In this document: in pieces, positions 1 to 14,200 of the stretch
Position numbering within the stretch: the stretch's first letter is position 1
Layout: every line of letters starts with the position of its first letter
NCBI GenBank assembly: GCA_012026655.1
Contig: JAAILG010000304.1
Location: forward strand, 1-64,000
Source: Hydrolagus affinis
Taxonomy: Eukaryota
Length of the DNA: 64,000 nt
Reading direction: 5' to 3'
Made by a program: the position numbers and the translations under genes
The notes under the pieces: generated by a model
Told to the model about the DNA's origin: nothing
Databases searched by the model: none
What the model saw: the letters and a program-made list of their open reading frames with translations, nothing else

Positions 1-179
1 CTCCAGAGGTGCTATGTAATTGTGTGTTGTATTATTTGCAGTAGTGCGGCTACATGGAATTTAAATTGTTATATTAAATTCAAGTCTTGATATTTGTTTT
101 TTAATGTGATTTTGTTTTTACACAAACGTACCCCAAAATAGCCTACTTACCTGCAAGCAGCTCTCACTAAAGTCTATTT

Positions 180-2900
180 AATCATCGCCACGAATTAGAA
201 TTTGAAACCGCGCACAAGGTTCAGTTCCGCCTATTTGCATCTCAATACTTACAAATGAAATGAATCGCGATTTTCAATCCTATCTCAGACCATCTGCAGT
301 GTTACCGTTCAGACAACATCAGTTATTTATTTTCCGACAAAACTGGAATAATAAGAGGAATATGAGTGCGCGGCCCATTTTCCTTCCCCCGCGTCTGGTT
401 TCTTACAGACAATGTACAGGCATTCACTTCATCTTTCCAAACCGGGGCTGGAGATGTAAGTCAGGCTGCCCGCCTGAGCTCGAGTTAAAACTACAACTGC
501 GCCTTCCTGCAGGACCACCTCAACTCCCGGAGACGGGGGTGACCAGTGATGATCATTTTATGTTTTAAAACCAAACGTTGGTGTTGTTCTGATTTTAAAA
601 CAATCGTGTTTCCGAGCGAGTGGCTGTGACTCGTGGTGTTGCGGGTGTGAGCCGGAGCTGCCGGGGCGCTTTCCAAACGCGCGATTTCAAAGCATCGCCC
701 AACACACAGCAAAACAGAGCAAACCCGAATGGGTTTGTTTTTGTAACCAGCTCACACCGTTTCACGTGTGAATACTAATTGTGGCTTCCTTTTCTTTAAA
801 TAAAACCAACACAAATCACGCCTCAAAGCGACTTTGCTGAGGCTGGGTGGAGGTGAGGCTGGCGGGGCGAGGACTGTATTCGCACTGATCAGAGCCGACA
901 GAGTGTGAGATGCGGTTAGTCAGTCAGTCACCCAGCGGCGGGTGCGGAGGCAGTAATGCCCTGTGCAGGGTGTTTCCCCACCAGAGCCAAGCTGGATGTT
1001 TCTGGGGGATTGAATTTGAAGGTACCGAACACCGTTTTAAACGCCGAATTCTTGACGAAGACCCACGATGTCACGTTTCCAGCAGAACACAGCGGCTTAC
1101 GGAGTTAGTGATGGGGTTGGTTAGTTAGTAATGTGACCCAAATAACAACAGCTCGTCTCGCCCTTTGAGAGAGACGTCAATCAATTCAGTCAGAAACACC
1201 TCAACCTTCGTGTCCGTCCTTAAGCGAACTTTTGATCACTGATGTCCGAGGTTCACAATCCTGTATTATTGTTTCACTTGACACTGCATGCAACCCGCCG
1301 CCCTTATTTACTACATTTGAAAAATAGCGAAATATAAATGAATACACTGAAAATATCAATTCGAAGGAGTTTTGAAGCGTTGGCTTGGAACTGCCTCCCG
1401 TATTTGTACAAAACGTTCTCGGCACAATCCTGTGAAAGCTGTCTGCTTCTCCTTTACATGAATAATTAAACGCCACCGTATCAGAAGCTGTAATTGAAGA
1501 GCCTTGCCACCCTCTAGCATGATGTTGTTTTTTTGAGTCCATCAGCACTTCCTTGAAGGTGCATTAAATAGAAAGTGGCAGCCCGGCTATTACAGGATTC
1601 CGCAAAGAGAGAATGAGTGAGGGAGACAGAAACAGAAAGGGCTCTCCATCTTGAGAGCCACTTGAAAGCCCTCAATGAATTGAACTATATTCACTCCTTA
1701 CCACCTCTCATCATACTTCAACTAATGAGCCCGGAGAGGAGAGGAGGAGGTCTGCTGCTGACAATAAGTACATTATGGGAGGCTGGCCTTTTTTCTTTTG
1801 CTGCACTACAACATGTTTGTTTAGCCCTCCCCGTGTTTACCGTGGGTGCTGTGGCGGGGAGCACCGGCATCTCTATCTGCCAGGTCTGTGGGAAACCACA
1901 CCGACCCTGGGGGGGACCTACACATGAGACACGCACGTTCCTTTGTTCAAACCGATGAGACTCTTGTTGCTTTTTTGTTGTAACTTACAATAGGCGCAGA
2001 CTATTTATATATTTCATTGTCAGGATCCCGCTCAGTAACCCAATCATATCACATACAATTGGCCTATTTTGTAACCAATAATGAAGGGAATTTCGAGAAC
2101 TTGTTGTCATAAATTGTGCACTCGGCTACTACTTAAAAATAAAGCATCCCCCCTTTTCCATACTGTGGTTTGATCGATTAAAATGATCTCGATACATCTG
2201 GCAATATCCCAGCCTTCCAGCATTTATATCAACGCGGGGCAAATTGGGTTCTGGCAGAATAAAGTCTAATAGATCTTTACCGCGATGTGCTGATTTCTGA
2301 CTTGCATTTTGTTCTGTTGATGTTTCATGACCAGTCGGAGTAAGCTGAGCTATGAATTGCCAGGAATCTTTATCTGGATATTAAAACCCAATTTATCTGG
2401 GTCAACTCAGGAATCTCCGATTCTTTGATAGATATAACATAGTTACTCTGATAGTATAACCCTATATACAGCTTGTTTGTCTATGGTTGTTTGCAGGTTT
2501 GAGTCCATGTATTTTGCAAGGAATATACGTTCGTAGCAGTATTACGTTGATGTCGCAATACACGTTCATTTGCTTCAGTTTGAAGCTGTTGCCATCTTGA
2601 AACAACAGTAAAAGTATAATGTAACTGATATGGATTTGATTTTTGTTGTTGCTCAAGGAGATAGTTTCAGAATTGAATAATTCTGAACTAACTGTTGCTA
2701 TTGCAAAAACAATTATTAAAGTTTGAACTTTTCATTTCTAAATGTTCGAGATTTCGCTGCATTTCACTTTAATAACTAACTAGTAAATGGCATTCGGTGC
2801 CTGTTAGCGGCGCTCTGTTTTTCTTGAATCCAGACTGGGGAGAGTGATTCAGAGCAGCTCCAAATTCCTCCACTGTAGGCACCACATCAAATGTAAGGCA
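180..2900. promoter_or_regulatory. CpG-rich, repeat-free region; probable upstream regulatory region of the nested MAB21L2 lying left of the window
   Basis: CpG density is visibly much higher than in the rest of the window. Octamer ATTTGCAT at 233-240, GC-rich GGCGGGGCG near 861, no SINE/LINE relics. The link to MAB21L2 is inference from synteny. Confidence 0.55.
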
Positions 2901-5900
2901 CGTTAAATCGTTTCCCAAATATATAGCATACTGTATTTAACTTTTTTTTCCCAGTTTCTGTAGGTGAAATTTGTCTGTGAAATATCGATATTGAATAAGG
3001 CTTGCATCACAATTTTGCTTAAATCAATGTGCGATTTAATTTTCTGCTTGATTCACAATAATTGTAATTTACTCACACTTATAGATTTCGAACTTCAAAG
3101 GTTTAATTATCATGTCCTATTGCATTTTTGAAAAGCTACTTTTAACAAAAGGAATGCTGCAGCATATGCTTGCTTTTGAAAAAAAATATTTTTGTGTGAA
3201 AATAATACACTCAATCAAATTGTATTTATCTTTTTTTCTACACTAACATTTCTTCTGTTTAACTGTAGTATTGAAGAGTTTGCTATTGTGAATGCACTAG
3301 GGTATGTGATTACACAGAGTATTTTGAACTTCATTGGAACTTTATTGATACAGGTTGATGCTATTTCATGATTGAGACTTACCTATCCACTCCCAGCAAC
3401 CAATCCAAAACATTACACCAGTTGAAATATTTGGTGTATTGGATTTTTTTTTGTTATATGTGTACTTGAGCTGTACTGTAAATGTGATGTAAAGGAATCT
3501 GTCTAGCAGGTGGGTAAAATTATGGTGTGTAAATATACACATGTATTGACATTTGCAACATATTTAGATTTTTTTTCATTTTATTGGATGTGGCAATTAA
3601 CTGTAGTTTAAATTGTCACCGAGACATGTGAACACAGCAGAAAATTTAAAAAGCATATGTTTCCTGGAGAAAAGTTAAGTATTTTAGGTATTCATTTTTT
3701 CACATTTTTTAAATGTCTGAAATGTTACTAATGTTGACCGATTAGAAAAGGACTCCGATTATACCCGAGGAATTATACCCAGGCGATTCCATAGACTAAA
3801 ACAATCTTTCAATGGTCCCGCAATCTCTTTCAGAGCTAAAATACACCACAGTTTAAAAGCATTCAATGATTTAGAAAAAAAATCCTACAAAACTAGTGAG
3901 CAGCTGGTGCTGTGGAAGATTTTGTGTGTCTGAAATACTTCCTGATTTGCACTGTGTGAGCAGACAAGCACAATGATGCTAACAAATCATGACATCACAT
4001 CATGACTATTTGTCGAGTTAAATTACTGGACATCTTTCATTCTTCTTTAAATTGTCATACCCAGAAAATTCTGAACATTTTAAGAAAAACAAAGATGAGG
4101 AAATAATTTTAAGTTTTTACATATCTCTGTTTATTTATTTTAGTTTGAAAGTATGATGAGTGACTTTAAGTTTGCCCAAAACTAGGCATCTTAACAGTAG
4201 ATTGAAAGAAACCGTGTAAGAAATTCTTTTGGGTGTAGAAATCTAAATCTAACACTTTAAGGGCTTAACAAAATTAATTGCACTTGTTTGTACTGTATTG
4301 TAGTATGTAATGTATAACCAGTGTAGCACTATAAAATGATTTGTTTTTCAAACTTTGGTCAGAGCTTATCTAGGGAAAACTGAAGTTATTCAAGTTCCAT
4401 ATACAGTATAGCTTTTAAATTTGGTCATAATAATTTGCAAATGGATCAATTGTAGCTGTTATAGAACCTATCACTACTATTTTGGAGAAACAGAAAATGC
4501 TGTGCTGAAATCATTAACAAAAAACAAATTTTCAGCCACATTGTGCTTGGATTCAAAAAGTTGATTTTAGCTTATTGGTACAATGATACATAACTAAATG
4601 TTTGCACTGTTATGGAAGGAATATTCTATTTTGAACATTATAAGTACAATGCAGGCTTGATGGATAGTGTACCAAAGTTCTTCATCGTGCACTCGTTTTA
4701 TGCCTTGTGTAAGCAAAGTAAGTACAATGGGAAAAGCTAGATGGAAATATCAGTGTTATGTAAACGGTTTCATTGTGCAGATTACTGAGTGGTTCCAGTG
4801 ACATCACTATGGAATTTCTTTGCACGGTTGCATCTGTTGTCGATTGCGATATCACCTCCATTTAAACAAAGTATTTCACGGAAGTTACATCATCACATCT
4901 GATCTAGGTTTAAAGCAATGGTGGATTTTTTTTGATACGTTTTTGGTATATCTTGTTGAATGTTTTGAGTGTTGGTTATTTGGTTACCTAATTTTGTGGT
5001 TTTTTAAATTGTTTTATGCATTCCTGGAGTCTGACGAATTAATGGCCATTGACCACATGGTCTATAAAGTTGCACTCCGTTACCATTTATAGAAAAATGA
5101 TGGTGGGAGGGGGTGAGGCGGAGGGGAGAGAGAGAAGGAAACATGAATGTCTTGGCCTGTCACATTAATAAATTCCTGCATTGGTGATGAAGCTCAAATT
5201 GCTGAAGGGAAATGTGGATTTGAAAGCAAATTATTCAGTGATGCATGCTGTACTCTTTTCTTTGGTTAGACTGGCTAATGGTTTTGGTAGGTGCCTCACT
5301 CTGACACTTGTGATCCTGTTTACTTCCGAAGAGACAATATTTTTAGGAAGAATTTAACTATCTGGCATGTCTGTCTTCTCCAATTTTTTTGAAATTGTGT
5401 GTGTTTATTTACTACACTATAGATCTGTTGTAAAACATCTTTAGCGACATGGTGAAGTTCAATATTTTATCTCCTAGGATGAAATACATATTTAAAATGC
5501 ATACAACATACAGTGCAATCATGCACTGTTTAATAGGGTGATGTAATCGAATGTACTGTATTATAAATAGATTTTCTTAGAACAGGAATGATTACACCAG
5601 CTTTATTTTTGGAACACAATGTAACCAAATTAAAATATTGTCATTCTTTCCCTTTGGATATGCAAAAGTAAGAGCCCATTCGGCTGAAATTAATTCTCAT
5701 GAAAATTAGATAAATTGTGGTAATGGGCAGCATCTTTTGACATACTGCCTGTTACCACAATTTATCTATAATATCTTTGGAAAATAACCTTGAATTTTGA
5801 ATATACCCCTAACATTTGACCTTGTATGCGTTTGCAACATCTGTTGTCAGGCACAATGGTCAGTGGAAGTTTATTTTGGAAGTGTGCATATGATTTTGCC

Positions 5901-6808
5901 CCAGTGCTTATCACAGAGAATAAACTAAATGGTTCTTTAAACAGGATATTTGGTCCGAATTATTTTTTAAAAAGTATGTTTGAAATTGAAAAATGGTTCA
6001 ATAATATTTTTCAGTATATTCGTTGTTGATGAACTTCTAATTACGTTGGAAGGTACGTTGAAATGAAGACACGCATCAAGTTTGCACTCTATAGATTTTT
6101 GTTTTACTCCTGTGTTTTTTAGGTAACAACTGCTTTCTTAATGTTGGCATACACTGCTTAGATTAAATAATTAAAAGTGGGGATAAATGTTGTTCAAGAA
6201 GAATAATAATCCTTGTGTTTGATATAGAGCCTCATCATGCATTCGAGACGTCTCGAAGCGTTTCACAGAATACATTGTAAAGTGAATTGACTGTCAATAA
6301 CCAGTGTTTTCTACATGATTTTAATGATTGCGCTATATTGCACAATTTATGCAATTCTGCATGATTTTGACGTTCATCCAATGCAAGATCTGCATGTAAG
6401 TACAATGTCTGGATCCCAGTGAAAGGTTTCACCAAACCCAGTGAAGAGAATTGTTATGAGACTGTCCTGGATATAAACATAAATTCACTTTGCACCAAGT
6501 AATATAACTGCTGCTTCAACTGTTGCTGGTGAAAATTGAATATTTAAACTTGAAAAGTTTAAAAATTCCCAGGAAGTCCTTTGGACTTTTTATTATGTTT
6601 TGAAAGTTATTAGATAGCTGACAGGACAACTAGGTCTACAATCATATTTAAAAATTAACAGGTATTCATCTCACTTGTGCTATGCCAGGAGCAAGAGAGT
6701 TGGAGGGCTTGTCGTGTTAGTCCAGTCTTCCAGCTCAACTCACTTCACTATGGCTATCGTGTTGAATCAGTGCCTTTAGCACAACTGCCATATTAGAGAA
6801 CGTATCTA

Positions 6809-7628
6809 CAGGTAGACCCCATTTAACTAATGCCCGGTTAACGAAAGTTCACTATAACGAGGGTTTCTATTTGTACCATTTATCCGCTTAACAAAGGCTG
6901 CGTTCGCTATAACAAATGTTTACACACTATTTAAATCTTGCGGCCTTCTCGTGGGCAGCTTCTCTCTCGGTTGCCCCAGCAACACACGCTCAGTCTTTAC
7001 GTGCCTCTGTTAAGCAGTGCAGTCCAGTGGAGCCCCTGGGAGTATGGGAGGAGCTTAAGTGGCAGGATGCTTCGTGGATTCAATAATAGCAAGTCGAGGA
7101 CTGTCTGTATCTTATTGTTTATTGTTGTATTTACTAACATTTTAATATTGTTGTATTTAAAGTTGTGTAGCCTTCAATGGCAGTTATATCTACCTTAGGC
7201 CTTCGCTAGTACAAGTTGAGCGTCCTGAATTCGGGCCCGTAGCCGAGCCCAGGTTCGGGTATTTCCAGACTTTGGAACGCCAGAAGCGTATTACGTGTCC
7301 GGAAATGCCTGGGTCCAGGTTGTGATATTTCAGTGCGGTGACTGTGAAGACCTGGCCTGGAGCAGGGAGGATTGGTGTTTTTATTCTTGCAATTTTTGTT
7401 ACATTCCGGCTTTCTTAACTCCGGACTTTTGGCTGCTCAACCTGTACACCGAAAATGTTAGCGCTAGGAACCGCTAGGAACCAAACTGATTTTAGCGGGG
7501 GGCTTGGATCGGTGTGGCGTTTTGGCTGCGGCCAAATACAGTAATACAGTTAAACTCTTGCTTAACGAAATTTCGCTTAACGAATGATTTTAAAGTCCCT
7601 AACCCCTTCGTTAAGTGGGGTCTACCTG
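6809..7628. mobile_element. Non-autonomous Tc1/mariner (pogo/Tigger-like) MITE
   Basis: TA|CAGGTAGACCCCATTTAAC ... GTTAAGTGGGGTCTACCTG|TA: 19-bp TIR with 1 mismatch, TA TSD, and subterminal (C)TTAACGA repeats. Confidence 0.85.
7212..7444. mobile_element. Tigger-like MITE nested in the previous element
   Basis: TA|CAAGTTGAGCGTCC ... GGCTGCTCAACCTG|TA; the termini resemble the CAGGTTGAG type. Confidence 0.7.
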
Positions 7629-10600
7629 TACATCATTGATTGATTCCTAGCTTTCATCTGGGTCTTGCTTTTAAAAAGGTATTTTAAAGGAAGTGAAAGC
7701 AAGGTGGATGTCTGTTGATATGACTGCCCTGGCCAGGCCACTATCTTGTGGTCTTTTAAAATCAAAATGCACATGTATGAAATTGACTTAAAATTAACAG
7801 GGAAAATAAAGATGCCAGCTTTCCCGATGCATAACTATCTAGTTGCATATATTTATTTAAGATAGATTTGGATGATCAATGAATTGTCTCTTGCTTTTCA
7901 GGCATTTGTGTTTGGAACATTGCTAATGTAAACTATGCCAACCTAATTCTGTGAATGCTTAGAATCTTTGAAGTTGCCAAAAGCAATGATAGGCATCTGC
8001 ATAACATCATTTGTAAACATTTACATTGTCTTCGGCCAATTTCACTAATATAATAATTTGTAGTTGAAATTCTTTGTGTAAAATATCATCAATCTGATGA
8101 ATAATTCACTTGTCAGAATTACCAACATTCCTCCTGTGTAATCTTTATATATCCAGTGACTTAGTTTTGATATCGATAATCTAACATTGTACTTACACAG
8201 TCTTAACTCATGACTTCAGTGCCATGTGCAATGTGTTAGATCAAATTAGTTGCATTTTTGTATTTTTCAGCTGATGTTCAATATCAGCTGTAATTGTTAC
8301 AGTGAAACATGGTTTGGCGAAACATTTTATTAGTGGAAAGATTCTTGTTATAACCATTAGCAATGGAACTTTGTCTTACAGAATGTCTGAAATTGAACAC
8401 AAGTAACTTTCAGCGGTAGCAGTACATCATCAGGCTTGTTATTACATAAATGTTTGAGGGCTCCATGTGTTTGAGGTTTATAAAAGAGCTGTCACAAATA
8501 AAAACTGTAGGCATGTGAAGATAGCTTTGGAGCTTAGTTTATTGGTACAACATTGATTTATGTCATGGACTGAAACCTTCATGTAACTGTTTAAAATGCA
8601 TTCTTCTCCTCTGAATCACTCTTCATCTCTGGAAGGCTCGTGTTCTTTGTAACTTTATACAAAACCTTTAGCAGTGCTCTGGGAAGAGAACAGAATATGT
8701 TTTAGAACTGCTGTGCATATATTATGGAGCTTCCCTTATTAAAATACTTGTGATCATTGGCAGAAATATTTGTTTTTCTGATGTGTAATATATTATATTT
8801 TATTCCAGAATGTCAGAATGTCTGTTTTAGAAAAAAATTAATAACAATTTTTTTGAGTAGAAAACTTGTTTATTTCCCAACTAAAATCTAAATTTTCAAT
8901 AGGCAACAGTTTTTGTGGAGGACTGCCCAAAATTGTTCAATGCTGATTTTCTAGATTTTTCCCTTCACTATCTGTTCTTATTATCTGCAATTCGTAAGAA
9001 GCCTTCATTTATTTCACTCCATGCTTCATTCCATCGTGTTTGGCAGCACAGCAAGGGGCTGGTTAGATGGGTTAAAACTGGGTTCTAGTGATTGTGCAAA
9101 ACTTTGATCTATGACTGTGACTGCTTCCCAGTGATCTGGTTGCTTGAACTGGACACTGTCCATGATCTTTCACTTCACTATCAGATGTTTGCACAAAAGA
9201 ACATGACATGGTAACAGACGCATAGCTTTACAACAAGTTGAGGCTAAAACAAGTCTTGGCCAAATATCTTAAGCCTATCATTAATTATGTTTGGACATTT
9301 TGTAGAAATTCTTTATTATAATAAAATAAGATAAATTGTGTTGCTACTGATGTTAACTTGTACAATTCAGTTCTGGAAATCACATCAATGCCCCTAAGGG
9401 ATGTACTTCCAGTGTCGAGTAATATTATATTTAGATTTTAAAGAATGTCTCCTACATGTCTCCTATATTAAACAAGATATTTATATATACAATATTTTCT
9501 CTTCAAGCACTGAATTTGGAGTCTCCAGATTTATTGAAGGCCATTTAGCTGATGTCTGTTACAAAGGAAATAATATAGATCAGCAGCCTTTTCCATTTTG
9601 GTTTCTCATCTGTGGGTGTCAAAGCTGGGCAACTGGGCAAATATCAGCCAAGTTTCGTAGCTCAGTTACCTTCTAATCAGCATCAGCTTGAGAACAGCTG
9701 CTAAACAGCTTCATTAGGTATGGAACAGCTCATTGATGTGCCTTATAGTTGATATCAAGCGAGAATGGGCAAAAATGAAAATGGCAAATCTTCACGGAGA
9801 TGGAAAATAAGCTTAAAAATGATCGTCTCATAGATGACCGATTTGAAAAATACTGTTGTTTTCATTGTATCCGTGAGATTGTCTTTCCTGCTATTGATTT
9901 TTAATCAAAGTTCTAAATGGTGAATAAATCAGCAGCTCTGCTAATTGTAGTGATGACTTTTATGAACAATCAGACATTTTGAAGTCATTTTGCATCCTGT
10001 TATTCAGTGACACTGGTTATAGTACTTCATTAGTGTGTGGCAATTAATGAGGCACTTTCTTTGTGATTCAGAAAGAGAAACAGTCACATGTCATTTTTGT
10101 CGTAATGATTTGTGAAGCAGTGATGCGTACTGTATTGTGTGGCAGCATTGGGTAAACTGTTTTCTGTTTTGGCACATTTCAAATAAAGGCAGTGTCTTTT
10201 AAGGTGCATTTCCTTCAGATTCATCATACAGATTGCTGTCAGATGTCACAATCTGCTTGCTTACAGTGTGTTAAAGGAATGGTGACCCATTTTGCAGCAT
10301 TTTTGACCTCTTGTGTCCTTCTGGTGTGCAGCATGTTCTGCAAGAGACCAAAAAATTCATGACTATTTTGTGTGTGTTTTATTACACTCCAGATGAGAAT
10401 TTATGACAGAGTAACTTAGAAATGTTTGATGTGTTCTAGGGCTTGCCCCAACTGATAACACCCTTGTTGGTGTGAAAGTGTGATGCAGATTATGACGGTT
10501 ATAACTTTCTGCTTTGTTTAAGCTGTCAGTGGATTTCCTGACTCACTGCTGAGAGCATTGGTGTGTTCAGTTTGCATACACTCACTCTAAAGTGGAGAGA

Positions 10601-11125
10601 CTGCACCATCCAAGCAGACCTCTCCCAGGGCTAATTGATGAGGAGGGTATGGAAGCAAAATTTACTGTTCTGTTGACTTGTTCCGTATCGTTAGGTGTCC
10701 TGAAAGCATCATGTAGTCACGGCCCCTTTCTTATCAGATTGGGCCCTAGACGGGAGCTGACAATCAAATAGGGCAAAAACAGGAACCAGCACCAGGAAGA
10801 TATTGATTTTTCAGTTATCCTTAAGTACTTTGTACTATGGATAATGGGTGGTGGAGGCAGGTATGTCATTATCAATGAGCTGCAGAACAGTAGCCTCAAC
10901 TCGCCCCTCATATTTCCTTCAGCATTGACAGAGAATATCCAGTGGTGGTCAATAAATTGTTCGACCTCTTTTATGACAAGCACGTAAAAGAACTCTGAGC
11001 ACATACATTTATCGTTATGTCTGCCTCAGTGTGCACATACTGGGATGGATTTCACCAGTAAACAATGCGACTAAAGTGTCTCTGATAATTGAACATAAGG
11101 TAAAACGCTGGGTAATGTAACAGCA

Positions 11126-11249
11126 CAGGAGTATAGTACATACAGGATGTATAGTACATACAGGATGTATGTACTATAGTATAGTACCTGTATAGTACAT
11201 ACAGGATGTATGTACTATAGTATAGTACCTGTATAGTACATACAGGATG
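11126..11249. repeat. Short tandem repeat, 18/41/41/18-bp units, with internal palindrome
   Basis: tatagtacatacaggatgtatgtactatagtatagtacctg occurs twice, flanked by 18-bp partial units. Confidence 0.9.
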
Positions 11250-14200
11250 ATTTAACAGGAATTAAAAGGAAATCTGAATTAAGGAAATCCTTCAAAATTG
11301 GTTTGTGTAATCTTGTCTCGTCAATCTTTTTATAGTATATCCAGTGGCTTTGTTGATTTGGTGTTCATAATCTGACTCACTATTTCATGGTGTGTGCAAT
11401 GTGGAAATTCAACTTAGTTGCATTTTTGAATATTTCTGCAGACTTCCAAAGTATGACTAAACAATTCATTCATAGGAAGCTTCTAGTGGCAAGAATCGCT
11501 ATTCATATTCATTCAAAGATTAACATTCATGGTGTCCAGGAATTAAAAGTGCTTTAGACACCAGTTCACTTTCCAGTTCTTACCATCATTCATACTTGGG
11601 TAGTGGTGGTGGAGGAAGGTGTCTGCTGTTGGGTGAGTTTTGCAGTTGGCAGTTTCAGTCGGGCTTTTTTGAGAATGATTCTGGTCAACCAGTGAATGGC
11701 GTTGATGGTATCCATGGAGGATTACACAGGCCGAGTGTCTTGCCCACCCAATAGCGCTGTTATGTTTGGAGGGGATTGAGTGTTCCAAAGATGTAAGCTA
11801 CAAATTATTGCAGCTCCGGTTTGATATTGGGTAAGATATGTCATTCATCTAAGTCTGTTTCCTTGGGTCAGAAGAAAATGTTGAATCTAACTCTCAAACA
11901 TTATACCAACTGTCATATCGCGTGCTTCGTTCTCTACTTTAGAAACAGATGCTGACAATTTTAAAACTTTAAAACAGACTGAAATGAAACAGAAGCGTAA
12001 ATGTTTTGAAAAACTTCCTGAAATAACCGATTGCTATGGTTTCTTGTTTAATTTTTATTCGGTGTGACACAGAACAGAAGTCTGAAGCTGGGTCATGACT
12101 TTGCCGCTGAGAGGCACCGACCGACAGTGATACTTTTATACATCTGTGATAAACGCTGTTACTTTCTTGTGTGTCTCCCATCTCAGTGAAGAAAAAACTG
12201 TGGTTATTTGGTATTTGGACCAAATTTGTCACATGTATAAAATCAGCGTAAAAGCTGGATGTGATCGGGCTACTAATTCTCTGTCAATAATCTATGAAAG
12301 TAGCATTAAGAAAAATACAGTTTTCCCATAAATATGTTATACTTTTAGCAACTGAAAAATGTTGTTAAACCCACCATGCTCAGCCCTTTTTTGATTAAAA
12401 TTGACTGACTGGCCTCACTGTAGAACCGATACAGTACAGTAGAACCTGTGGTGTAAAGGGTCTGACTGTATGTGAATCCTATCTCACATTAAAGCGTTTT
12501 CATTGAGAAATTTTGTCCTGAAAACCTAATTACCTCAGGTCAAAGTCTTGTTTACAAAGTGTACAAGCTGAACTTCCTTAAGCTATCCTCATAACTCAAC
12601 TTCCGAATACCAGGAATCTTCTTGGTTGCTTGCTTCTGTAACCTCTCAAAGTCAGAGCAAAGTTAAAGCTTCATAATATTAAAAACGCTGGATGATACTC
12701 ATGAAAATACCATCAACGCCAATGAGCAGAAATTTCAAATTTTGAACACATTGGATGCAAATTGCTGTATTTTGTAACAGGAATCCTTATTAAGGAACCT
12801 AGTTAGATTTCCTTTTGACCCAGGGAAACTCCGTTATACAATTGTATCATGTCAGAATAAAGATCCCACAGGCTGTAAGATACATCCGGATGTTGCAGGA
12901 CATCGCATTTGCACAATCTGGATTCTTTGCTAAGGAATCCCATTGAGAAGCACTGCAAATTAAACCCCTTTGTGAACGATTCATGCTCGTGGCTGGGACC
13001 CTAAGGCAGTTAAACGCTTGCAAAGTTAAGGCACAATGTGTTATGTATGCACTGTATTGCAAAAGGAAAAACAGACCTCCGGAAAATTCCAGAAACAATT
13101 TCTGTGAAAGTGACTGGCTTCTTTTATAGTTCTTTTATATAGAACAGTGCTTCTTAGGTGTTTCTGCAGTGGGAAAGATGAAACTATTCATCACTTACAG
13201 GGTGTTTTTTTGCAGGGAGCAAAATGAAATAACAATAATAGGAACTTGTTTGATCTGTAGTTGATTGGCATATGTGTAAGGAACCATAAGAGAAAATATG
13301 GCCCAAACATATTTTTCCACTAAACACAAAAGTCAAAGACTTGTATAGCCTTAGAAAAATGCAGTTTGTTTAAAGCTACCAAACAAACTTCACACAATTT
13401 CTCAAATGTCCATATAAGAAGTCTTTTAAATTAGCATTCAGCTTTTTCCACAATATCCATTTTTGTTTCACATTATGTTTTGTCCACGTTTAATATATGT
13501 CAGACATTATTGTTTGATGTGTCATATTTATACTGTTGGAATTGATTTTGAAATTGCTTCCAGAAATAAAGCAATTTGGAGCAGAAAACGGATTTTATTT
13601 TCCCATTCTGAATACTCATTTGCCATTTCACTCTTTCCACTTGAGTGTCCGATGAAAAATACTTTAGCAGCTTTCTGTAAAAAATTATTATTAATTAAGC
13701 CAGCCTCTACTATTCTAAACCATTGTTGGTTAGTGTTTTTAAATGATCTTTAAGAGCTTGTTGTACATCAGAATCTAAAGTGACTCATGCTTGTTTGCCT
13801 GTCTCAAATGTAATTTATATTGTGCATTTATTAGGTGAGATAAAACATCCTAAAAGTAGGAGGATTATTGCAGTACTTAAATATTTTGTTCTTCAGTGTT
13901 CACGTTTAAAGCTTTCTTGTTTGCTAGATGACTAGGGTGGCTCGAATAGCTGGCCTCTAGAAAGTTGATATCATTTCCTTTGCACAGCTCTGTAATTGAA
14001 GTGCACTGTGCCGGGGCCTCCTGCTGGTGGAGGTCCTGTTCCTGCTACATAGAGAGAAATAACTTTTTTATATTGCATCTTATCTCGAGATGCCTTTATT
14101 TTAAAGATCAGATGTTTACTTACTCCAAAATAAGTTGCGTTTTTGGGGTGCATGGAGTGGTGGGATATGGATTTGCAGCAGATTCCCCCATATCCAAGTT

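Noticed and set aside
11126-11249. CRISPR-like array (also 54537-54612, 57167-57288)
   Set aside because: No unique spacers, no cas genes, vertebrate context.
12415-12470. Tiny TACAG...CTGTA inverted remnant
   Set aside because: Too short and degenerate to call as a MITE.
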